Below are positions 56,347 to 64,000 of a stretch of DNA of 64,000 bases, piece by piece. The notes below the pieces were generated by a model. The model had not been told where the DNA came from. It did no database searches and saw only the letters and a list, made by a program, of their open reading frames with translations. A program made the translations under genes and the position numbers. The stretch lies in assembly GCA_040005235.1 (NCBI GenBank), contig JBDTZG010000007.1, forward strand, positions 73,206 to 137,205, given 5' to 3'. Every line of letters begins with the position of its first letter. Position 1 is the stretch's first letter. Source of the DNA: Acidobacteriota bacterium. GTDB taxonomy: Bacteria; Acidobacteriota; Thermoanaerobaculia; Multivoradales; UBA5704.

Positions 56347-56522
56347 GGGCAGAGCGTACTCGATGCGCCGCGCCCGAACGACCGGCTGGCCCTTCCTCGG
56401 CCTCTCCGATAACATCCGAATCCAAATCGAATCGAGCGTACCCCCGAGCTGATCCGGTCCCTCTCTTTTTCACCCCCGCGCGCGGTGCTGCGCGGCGGGG
56501 TGCGGAGCCCAAGAGCCTGCTG

Positions 56523-57149
56523 ATGAATCACATCCATCCGATCCAGCCTATCGCGGCCCTCCTGCTGATCGCCCTGTTGATCTACCTTCGCGTCAAAGGG
56601 AAGAAGGAGAGGGGCGGCGAGAAGCCGAAGCGCGTCGAACCGAAAGTTACCATCGAGCGGCCGGCGAAGGTCGAAGATCCGCCCGAGGTGGTCTACGCGA
56701 AGCTGCGCCGCCGAGCGTTCGAGATCACCCCCGAGGCGCTTGGGCTCGCCAACGATCTGGCGTCGGGCGATCCGTACGTCCTGCTGATGGAAATGGGCAT
56801 GCCGGGCACCGTGGTGACCCTCGCCTGTTTCGCCGATGGCGACGCGGGCGTCTATTACCAGACGGGAGGCGGCATGATCGGCGGGCGCGCACACGAGACG
56901 GTGCGAAAAGCGGCCAAGGGATTCATTGCCCAGATCAAACCGCTGGTGGTCGGCATGAACAAGATGGCCGATCCTCCGCTGCCCGACCCAGGCCGAGTGC
57001 GATTCACGGTCCTCACCCTGGAGGGAGTCTTTACCGCCGAGACCGACCGCGAGGCGCTCGCCGAACCGGACAACGCCCTGTCGCCCCTGTACTACAGCGG
57101 CCAGGAAGTGGTCAGCCAAATGCGCGAGGTGCTGGCGCAGAAAACTTGA
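56523..57149 (+). CDS. Hypothetical protein with N-terminal membrane anchor
   Basis: TM helix followed by a globular domain (TLACFADGDAGVY..GGGMIG). Confidence 0.7.
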   Translation: MNHIHPIQPIAALLLIALLIYLRVKGKKERGGEKPKRVEPKVTIERPAKVEDPPEVVYAKLRRRAFEITPEALGLANDLASGDPYVLLMEMGMPGTVVTLACFADGDAGVYYQTGGGMIGGRAHETVRKAAKGFIAQIKPLVVGMNKMADPPLPDPGRVRFTVLTLEGVFTAETDREALAEPDNALSPLYYSGQEVVSQMREVLAQKT

Positions 57150-57162
57150 GGCAGGCGGAAAA

Positions 57163-57395
57163 GGCCGAAGGCCCCCGGCGCCCCCCGGCGGCCCGTCCGG
57201 CCCAACGGGCCGGGAGAACCAAGCCCAGGGCTGAGGCCGAAGGCCGATGCCCTGGGTTGCAAGCCCACCCGCGGCCTGAAAGGCCGCGAGAGCTTCCGGC
57301 CCACACGTAGCGCTCGTCAAATTCTCCATGGGCCTCCAGGAACGCCCGGAATCTGCGGATCCGTCGACTCGGGTTCTCGCGGCCTTACAGGCCGC
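57163..57395. mobile_element. REP-like palindrome cluster enclosing an IS200/RAYT-type transposase C-terminal remnant
   Basis: 21-bp inverted pair 57271-57291 / 57375-57395 (1 mismatch); minus strand 57351-57301 reads FRAFLEAHGEFDERYVW; further GGCC-armed hairpins at 57163, 57197 and 57224-57256. Confidence 0.6.
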
Positions 57396-57467
57396 CAGGC
57401 CGGAGCGTCAAGCCGATTGAAGCGGCGGAGGCGGAGCTTTTGGGAGGGATGGGTGCATTCGCTCCCA

Positions 57468-57760
57468 GGAAGCGACTTCCCAGCTCAGGAAGCGACTTCC
57501 TGGGCCAGATAGCCGCTATCGAGCGTGGATAGCGGCTCTCGGCTTCCGATAGCGGCTATCTAGCGCGGATAGCCGCTATAACTCCCAGATAGCGGGTATC
57601 CAGTCCAGATAGCGGCTATCCGTCACCGATAGCGGCTATCCAGCTCCGATAGCCGCTATAACTGCCAGATAGCGGCTATCCGCCACCGATAGCGGCTATC
57701 CGCCACCGATAGCGGCTATCCGCCACCGATAGCGGCTATCCAGGGCGGATAGCGGCTATC
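57468..57760. repeat. 20-bp-period array: 13-bp palindrome GATAGC(G/C)GCTATC + 7-bp variable spacer, 15 units
   Basis: Cores start every 20 bp from 57468 to 57748; the first two units are GGAAGCGACTTCC. Confidence 0.92.
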
Positions 57761-57800
57761 TGGCCCGTGCGGCGGCTGTCGCGCCCGTAGAGCCGGTACC

Positions 57801-58733
57801 TTACTCCCAGACCTGTACGACCTTGTCGCGTTCGATGCTCCAGGTGCCGTCGACCTTGCGGAGGAAGAGGCTGCCTCGAAACTTGTCGTTCTCTCGGGTT
57901 CCTTCCAGGACCAGCTCGGCTTGATCGTTCTTCGTTCGGCCGCCGGAGATTTCGATCGACGGCAACGCGAGAGAGGGTAAGGCGTCCTGGAGGTCGTTCT
58001 TGAGACTCGCCCCCTTCTCCTCGGCGGATTGTCCCTCGAAGCCGTCGAGGCGGGCGGCGATCGTCTCGCCGCAGGCTTGGGCGATCTTGGCGCGGTCGGC
58101 GCTCGGGATCGCCGAGCGGCAGCCGAGCAGCCAGGCTCCGGGCTCGCCGCCGTCTTTCGCGAGCGCCACAACGCCCGACGCCTTCGTGATCGAAACCGCG
58201 AGCGTCAGATCGATGTCCAGCCCGCCGCCGTCGGCTTCGTCGGCCGCCTTGGTGCGGATACTCCCCAGGATCTTGCCGGCTTCGATCGTCAGGCGCGACT
58301 GGGCGGCCTGCGAGTGCGAGCTGCAATAGCCGCAGGCGGCGCCGCCCGGCAGGCGGTAGGAAGCGCCTTCCCAGGACGCCTCTTCCTTCCCGACGTCCAA
58401 GGTGACGGCGCCGTTGTCCTCTTTCGTCTGGCGGTCGATCTCTCCCTCTACGTCGAGTGCCGCTTCGAGCGCCTTCCGGTCGAGCCGGCGGCCGGCCAAG
58501 CGAACTTTGATCACCGTTTCGTTGGGGAAGAATCCTTTGCCCTCGTAAGCGTAGGCGTCGACGATCGAAAAGCTGTCGCCCTCCTTGGCGAACGTTCCGG
58601 TTCCCGCCGAGGAGGACGCGGCGAGGGCTCGCGCCTTGTTTTTTCGTTTGTGCTTGCCCCGGGGCTTCGCCGTCGCGGGGGATGCGGCGAGCAGCACGGC
58701 GACGATCAGGGCGAGGAACGACGTGAGGCGCAA
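57801..58733 (-). CDS. Secreted hypothetical protein
   Basis: Signal peptide, basic patch, CGYC motif. Confidence 0.65.
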   Translation of the reverse strand: MRLTSFLALIVAVLLAASPATAKPRGKHKRKNKARALAASSSAGTGTFAKEGDSFSIVDAYAYEGKGFFPNETVIKVRLAGRRLDRKALEAALDVEGEIDRQTKEDNGAVTLDVGKEEASWEGASYRLPGGAACGYCSSHSQAAQSRLTIEAGKILGSIRTKAADEADGGGLDIDLTLAVSITKASGVVALAKDGGEPGAWLLGCRSAIPSADRAKIAQACGETIAARLDGFEGQSAEEKGASLKNDLQDALPSLALPSIEISGGRTKNDQAELVLEGTRENDKFRGSLFLRKVDGTWSIERDKVVQVWE

Positions 58734-58750
58734 GGGGATCTCCTGATTCG

Positions 58751-60163
58751 TCAGGTCGAGCGGACCGGGAGATTCTGGTCGGCGGTCTCGGGAGTGTCAA
58801 TCGGGGCGTCGATCGCCGCGAGGGCGACCGAGAGCATGCCGATCGCGAGATGGTAGTAGTTGGCGTGGGCCTGCTTGCTGCACGAAAAGAATGCCAAGAG
58901 GGTCAACGCACAGGCGACCGAGAACCCGGGGGGGGTACGCGCCCCGCGCCGAAGCGCCAGGCCGATCGCCCCGATCGCCGCCAGCGGCGGCAGAAACGCG
59001 AGCTTCCGGGCGACGGCGTCGGGCAGGAGCGCCAGAAAGGTGAGCGAGTCGGGCCGGTAAGGCTGGGCGAGATGGACCGCCACGACCGAGGTATAAAAAG
59101 CGCGAGGGTCCCAGAGGACGAACGGCGCGGTGATCGCGAGGGCGATCCCGAGCGCCTGAAGCGCCAATCGCGGCAGCCGCCGGGCGGGCAGGCTCCAGGG
59201 TGCCAAAAGCTGCAGGAGCGGGGCGAGCACGATCAGGTACTGCTTGACCGCGAACAGGGCACCCAGCAGCCAGGGCCTGCCGCGCGGTGCCCGGACGGCG
59301 GCCCAAAGAAAGGCCGCGAACAGCAGCACCGGGAACGGCTCGGTCCAGCCCTGTTCGAGAACGTAAAACCCGCGCGGCGTGAATAGAAACAGAGCCGCGG
59401 CGAGTGTACCCATCCGGCCCGGCGCCAGGAAGGCGATCAGAGCGCCGGCCAGAGTGGTAGCGACGACCTGGGCGAGCCGCGGATCGCCGCCGAACAGGTA
59501 GCCGGGAAACGCGAGCAGCAGGCTCAACGGCGGATAGGGAAAGCCGAACCGCAGCCGATCGCCTTGCCACCAGCCGGGGGCGTAGAGCTTTGCCGATTCC
59601 TCCTCGTCGTAGATGTCCGGCATCGCGAGCCGATAGGGATTCTCTCCCCCGGCGAGCGCGCGGCTCCCCTCCTGCTGGAAGACGAAGACGTCGATCTTCG
59701 GCTGCGGCTGGGAGCGGACGGTCCAGATCCCGAGCGCCAAGTGGAGCGCGAGCAGGAGGAAGACCAGCCCCTTTCGCCAGCCGGCAGGTGCGTGGAGGCC
59801 GGCGAATCCCACCACCCCGGCGAGCAGCAGGCCGCAGCCGAACCAGCTCCAATCGAAAGAATCGCCGATCGGACCGGCCGGGTCGCCGTTGAACATCTGG
59901 AGGATCTGGATCGCGAAGACCGCGGCGCCGAAGGCGAACAATGCCCGCTCGCTCGGCGCCGTCCGGTTCGTTCGGCCCAAACCGGCGATTCCGCCGACCA
60001 GGGCTACGCAGATCGCGAGCCCGACGCCCACCCAGGCCAAGCCGAGGACCGAAAACCGCGCGCCGCCAACTTCGACGCCCTGGCCGAGCGCGAAGATCGC
60101 GGCCACCAGCGCCCAGGCGGAAATCCGCCGTGTGGGGCTCGCGGGGTTGGCGTCCTCGGACAT
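58751..60163 (-). CDS. Polytopic membrane protein, GT-C (GT87-like) glycosyltransferase
   Basis: IDVFVF, GENPY, FPYPP, WTEP, AVKQY; many TM helices; ATG at 60163. Confidence 0.65.
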   Translation of the reverse strand: MSEDANPASPTRRISAWALVAAIFALGQGVEVGGARFSVLGLAWVGVGLAICVALVGGIAGLGRTNRTAPSERALFAFGAAVFAIQILQMFNGDPAGPIGDSFDWSWFGCGLLLAGVVGFAGLHAPAGWRKGLVFLLLALHLALGIWTVRSQPQPKIDVFVFQQEGSRALAGGENPYRLAMPDIYDEEESAKLYAPGWWQGDRLRFGFPYPPLSLLLAFPGYLFGGDPRLAQVVATTLAGALIAFLAPGRMGTLAAALFLFTPRGFYVLEQGWTEPFPVLLFAAFLWAAVRAPRGRPWLLGALFAVKQYLIVLAPLLQLLAPWSLPARRLPRLALQALGIALAITAPFVLWDPRAFYTSVVAVHLAQPYRPDSLTFLALLPDAVARKLAFLPPLAAIGAIGLALRRGARTPPGFSVACALTLLAFFSCSKQAHANYYHLAIGMLSVALAAIDAPIDTPETADQNLPVRST

Positions 60164-60177
60164 CCGAACCGGAGGCT

Positions 60178-61611
60178 TCAGCGGACGATCTTCGCCATCA
60201 CGTGCTTGATCTGGGAGTAGTCCTCGATCGCGTAGGCCGACATGTCCTTGCCGTAGCCCGACTGCTTGTAGCCGCCGTGGGGCATTTCGGAGACCAGCGG
60301 CATGTGATCGTTGATCCAGACGCAGCCGAAGCGGAGCTTCCTCGCGGCATGGAGCGCGCGGTTCACGTCGCGGGTCCAGACCGAGGCGGACAGGCCGTAC
60401 TCGACGTCGTTGGCCCAGGCGATCGCCTCGTCGTCCGAGCCGAACTTGGTCACCGTGACCACCGGCCCGAACACTTCCTTCTGCACGATCTCGTCGGTTT
60501 GGAGCGCGTCGGCCACGACCGTCGGCCGGTAGTAGAACCCGCGGCCGGCTCCCGAGCCGCCCCCGGTGAGCACTCGGGCGTGCCCCGTGCCTTTCGCCCG
60601 CTCGACGAAGCCGGACACCCGGTCCCGCTGTGCGGCCGAGACCATCGGTCCGAGGGCCGTCTCTTCCTTTTCGATCGGCCCCATCTCGATCGATTCGACC
60701 GCCGGCACGAGCTGCTCCAGCAGTTGATCGTAGATCCTGTCTTTGGCGTAGATCCGGCAAGCCGCCGTGCAATCCTGGCCCGAATTGGCGAAGCCCGCGA
60801 ACTTGATCGTTGAGACCGCGAGATCCAAATCCGCGTCGTCGAAGATCACCACCGGCGCCTTGCCGCCCAGCTCCAGATGCACTTTTTTGAGCGTCGCCGC
60901 CGCCGCCCGGGCCACTTCTTTCCCCGTCGCGACGTCGCCGGTGAGCGAGACCATGCCGACTTTCGGGTGCGCGACCAGCGGCGCCCCGACCTCCAGCCCG
61001 TGTCCGGTGATCACGTTGAACACCCCCGGCGGAAAGATGTCGGCGGCCAGCTCCGCGAGCCGCAGGGCCGTGAGCGGCGTCTGTTCCGAAGGCTTGAGCA
61101 CCACGGTGTTGCCCGCGGCGAGCGCCGGGCCTATCTTCCAGATCGCCATCATCAGGGGATAGTTCCAGGGGGCGATCAGGCCGACCACGCCGATCGGCTC
61201 TCGCCGGATCATGCTGGTGTAGCCGGCCAGATACTCGCCCGCGGCCTTGCCTTCCTGGCACCGCGCGGCCCCGGCGAAAAAGCGCAGGTTGTCGACCACG
61301 AAGGGCAGCTCGGACCGGGCCAAGGTGATCGGTTTGCCGACGTTGCTCGCTTCGAGCGTCGCCAGCTCCTCGGCGTTCTGCTCGATCCGGTCGGCCAGCT
61401 TGAGCAGCATCAGGCTGCGCTCGGCCGGGGTCGAATCGCACCAGGTTTCAAACGCCGTAGCCGCCGCCTCGACCGCCAGGTCGACGTCCTCGCTCGAACC
61501 GTAGGGAACGACCGCCAAGGGCTGCTCGGTGGCGGGGTGGACGAGCGTCTCGGTATCTTCCGTCGCCCCGGCGGTCATCTGGCCGTTCACGAACATCGAA
61601 TAGGTCTTCAT
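60178..61611 (-). CDS. Gamma-aminobutyraldehyde dehydrogenase (PatD/YdcW type)
   Basis: [55 protein letters not shown]. Confidence 0.88.
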   Translation of the reverse strand: MKTYSMFVNGQMTAGATEDTETLVHPATEQPLAVVPYGSSEDVDLAVEAAATAFETWCDSTPAERSLMLLKLADRIEQNAEELATLEASNVGKPITLARSELPFVVDNLRFFAGAARCQEGKAAGEYLAGYTSMIRREPIGVVGLIAPWNYPLMMAIWKIGPALAAGNTVVLKPSEQTPLTALRLAELAADIFPPGVFNVITGHGLEVGAPLVAHPKVGMVSLTGDVATGKEVARAAAATLKKVHLELGGKAPVVIFDDADLDLAVSTIKFAGFANSGQDCTAACRIYAKDRIYDQLLEQLVPAVESIEMGPIEKEETALGPMVSAAQRDRVSGFVERAKGTGHARVLTGGGSGAGRGFYYRPTVVADALQTDEIVQKEVFGPVVTVTKFGSDDEAIAWANDVEYGLSASVWTRDVNRALHAARKLRFGCVWINDHMPLVSEMPHGGYKQSGYGKDMSAYAIEDYSQIKHVMAKIVR

Positions 61612-61653
61612 GCGCGCTCCGCTGGGACGAAAGGTGCCGCGATCCGTTTTGGC

Positions 61654-62427
61654 TTAGAAAGTGAGCGAGGCGCCGAAGGTGACGATCATCTCGTCTTCCG
61701 ACGTGCCGGTGAGCGAGGGATCGGCCTCGCGCCGCTTGTCCAAGCTGTCCAGCGCGATCGAGCGCTGGACCGACCCGTGGATCGTGAGGTTGTCGCGGAT
61801 CTGGAGCGGCACGTTGATTCCGACCAGAGCGTCGTTCAAGGTACCGTCGCTTACCGCCTTGTTGTTGTAGCCGAAATCCCAGCCTACCGAGCCGGTAAAG
61901 TCGAGGCTCGACTTGGCTCCGAGCGGGAAGCTGTGCGAGATGCCGACCGTGCCGTAGCCGCCCTTCACCTTGTCGTTGTCGTACCAGTAGCTGATCTTGG
62001 GCGACAGCGGGCCGCCGAAGCCGAGAGAACCGTAGACCTCGTAGGTGTCCAGGAAGACCAGGATCTGCTCGGCGTCCTTGTTGTATTGATAGCTGACCCC
62101 GCCGAGCGTGAGCGTGGCGCTGCCGAGCGGAATCGCGTATTCGGCCCCGAGATCGATTTCGCGGTAATCACCCCCCGGAATCTTGCCCGCATACCCGTAG
62201 CTGTAGAGCGACAGGTTGCCCACGCCGAGCACGACGTACGGCGTGAGCACCTTCTCGCCATCGAGCAGATCGGAGCCGCGGAACAGGTAAAGGCTGCTCC
62301 GATCGACGCCCGCCGTAAAGCTCCAGCTCTTGTCCGGCGCACCCTGGCCGAAACCTGGCGCGGCGACCGTGGCGATCATCGCGAGAACGAGTAGGGCGGA
62401 ATGCGGCGCGAGACGCGAAATCTTCAT
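61654..62427 (-). CDS. Outer-membrane beta-barrel protein (TIGR02001/Gcw_chp-like)
   Basis: Signal peptide; S.YLFRG, EIDL, EVY; terminal ...GASLTF. Confidence 0.65.
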   Translation of the reverse strand: MKISRLAPHSALLVLAMIATVAAPGFGQGAPDKSWSFTAGVDRSSLYLFRGSDLLDGEKVLTPYVVLGVGNLSLYSYGYAGKIPGGDYREIDLGAEYAIPLGSATLTLGGVSYQYNKDAEQILVFLDTYEVYGSLGFGGPLSPKISYWYDNDKVKGGYGTVGISHSFPLGAKSSLDFTGSVGWDFGYNNKAVSDGTLNDALVGINVPLQIRDNLTIHGSVQRSIALDSLDKRREADPSLTGTSEDEMIVTFGASLTF

Positions 62428-62573
62428 AGGTCATCCCCTCGGGAAAGAAAAGCTCAAAACGCCGATCCGCGGCCGCGAGGCGCGCCGCCGATCGAATCGC
62501 ATCGGAATGAGCTGCCGGTAGTCTACTTCGACTTGATACTGTTCGGCCTGCCCTTGGAGGAGGACCGGCGGAC

Positions 62574-63158
62574 ATGGAAGAAATGACGGAAGCAGCGGCC
62601 GAGACCTCGTTCCGGGATCGCCTCCGGCCGATCCTCAAGAGCCAGTACCACGCGGCGCTGGGGATGCTGAAGCAGGGGATCGAGCGCTGTCCCGAGGATC
62701 TCTGGGTGGACGGGGGACCGACGAATCCGTACTGGCGGATCGTCTACCACGCGCTCTACTTCACCCATCTTTATCTTCAGCCGCGACTGGAGGATTTCCG
62801 TCCCTGGGAGCATCACCAGACGGGATTGCACGATATGGACGACGTGCCGGCGTCGGACGATGTGATCGACTTCTTCGAGCTGTCGCACCGCCCGCCGCAA
62901 ACCGGGCCGTACACGAAGGAGCAGATCCTGGCGTATTGGGAGATCTGCGACGGGATGGTCGATCGGGTGGTCGATTCGCTCGACCTCGAAAGCACCGAGA
63001 GCGGCTTCAGTTGGTACCCGATCTCGAAGCTCGAACACCAGCTCGTCAACCTCCGCCACCTGCAACACCACGCGGCACAGCTCGGAGACCGCCTGCGAAA
63101 CGCGACCCGCGACCACGGCGTCGAGTGGTACGGCCGGTGGCCGAGGCCGAAGCGGTAG
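62574..63158 (+). CDS. DinB family protein
   Basis: WRIVYHALYF, NLRHLQHHAAQL His motif; GGAGG RBS. Confidence 0.8.
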   Translation: MEEMTEAAAETSFRDRLRPILKSQYHAALGMLKQGIERCPEDLWVDGGPTNPYWRIVYHALYFTHLYLQPRLEDFRPWEHHQTGLHDMDDVPASDDVIDFFELSHRPPQTGPYTKEQILAYWEICDGMVDRVVDSLDLESTESGFSWYPISKLEHQLVNLRHLQHHAAQLGDRLRNATRDHGVEWYGRWPRPKR

Positions 63159-63180
63159 GTTTTTGAGGTGACCAGGTGCA

Positions 63181-63753
63181 ATGGATAAGAACGAAACCGA
63201 GCCCCGATTCTTCGCCCGCCCCGCGGATTTCCGCCGTTGGCTCGCCGCCCATCATGCCAAGGAGAGCGCTCTCGTGGTCGGGTACTACAAGCTGGGCTCC
63301 GGCAGGCCGAGCCTTACCTGGCCCGAGTCGGTCGACGAGGCGCTCTGCTTCGGTTGGATCGACGGCGTCCGCAGGCGGCTGGACGAGGAGAGCTACGCCA
63401 TCCGGTTCACGCCGCGAAAGCCCGACAGCACCTGGAGCGCGATCAACATCCGGCGGATGGCGGAGCTGATCGCCGAGGGGCGGGTGCAGCCGGCCGGCCT
63501 CGCGGCGTTCGAGAAGCGGTCGGAAAAGAAGTCGGCGATTTATTCGTACGAACAGCGCGAGGCCGCGGCCTTCGATGCGGGATTCGAGCGCCGCTTCCGC
63601 GCCCGAAAAGCCGCCTGGACGTTCTTTGCGGCGCAGCCGCCCGGCTATCGACAGCTCTCCACGTACTGGGTCATGACCGCGAAGCGGGAAGAGACGCGCG
63701 AGAAGCGCCTGGAGAAGCTGATCGAGGTCTCGGAAGCGGGGAAACGGATTTGA
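63181..63753 (+). CDS. YdeI/OmpD-associated family protein
   Basis: FRRWLAAHH, ESVDEALCFGWIDG, RFTPRK.S.WS..N, AKREETR..RL. Confidence 0.9.
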   Translation: MDKNETEPRFFARPADFRRWLAAHHAKESALVVGYYKLGSGRPSLTWPESVDEALCFGWIDGVRRRLDEESYAIRFTPRKPDSTWSAINIRRMAELIAEGRVQPAGLAAFEKRSEKKSAIYSYEQREAAAFDAGFERRFRARKAAWTFFAAQPPGYRQLSTYWVMTAKREETREKRLEKLIEVSEAGKRI

Positions 63754-63795
63754 AATAGCCGCTTGAGACCACGCGGACCGCCCCAAGCCGAGAAA

Positions 63796-64000
63796 CTACT
63801 TTCGATCTGCAACCCAGCGCTGGATGAAGTCGAGGTATTCCGGCACCGGCATCATGTTGAGATCGTCGTCGGTGAAGCCTTCTTTTCGCCGAGCTTCGTA
63901 GAAAGCGGCTGTGAAGTCAGAGAAGTGGAACCAGATCTTCGTCGGGGGACAGATCGTGGATGCTGTACTTCGATTCGCGGATCAGTGAACAGATCTTGTC
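63796..64000 (-). pseudogene. 3' part of a conserved hypothetical gene, apparently with an internal deletion/frameshift
   Basis: DKICSLIRESKYSIHDLS in one frame switches near 63946 to PTKIWFHFSDF...LNMMPVPEYLDFIQRW* in another. Confidence 0.45.

Noticed and set aside
55851-56522. N-terminal extension of ORF 55851-57149
   Set aside because: Overlaps the SNF2 gene antisense; the plausible protein starts at 56523 with a TM helix
57468-57760. CRISPR array
   Set aside because: Repeats of 13 bp and spacers of 7 bp are far too short, some spacers are identical, and no cas genes are present in the window
58751-61441. 896-aa ORF as a large fusion protein
   Set aside because: Its N-terminal 426 aa are an alternative frame over the aldehyde dehydrogenase; the real gene most likely starts at 60163

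Overview
GC-rich bacterial chromosomal window. An Acidobacteriota (Thermoanaerobaculia-like) origin is inferred from gene-family style, not demonstrated. Housekeeping genes include lysA, trmL, queD, pyrD, the zapA-6S RNA-rny-ymdB cluster, a split 5-oxoprolinase, an S46 peptidase, two aldehyde dehydrogenases and a SNF2 helicase. Accessory loci include an orphan Cys/Thr-rich RiPP precursor, an Rpn-family nuclease with an internal in-frame start and duplicated flanking hairpins, a signal-peptide-bearing Rhs toxin with downstream immunity-like genes, mazEF, a LodA/GoxA-LodB quinoprotein oxidase pair, and a REP-like doublet enclosing an IS200-type transposase remnant. The least explained signal is three separate intergenic arrays (about 7123-7400, 32208-32501 and 57468-57760) with a 20-21 bp period. 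Each is built on a different palindromic core with variable spacers. Several genes look truncated or frameshifted, which may reflect decay or assembly error. No rRNA, tRNA or CRISPR-Cas was recognised. All family assignments come from motif recognition by eye; no searches were run.
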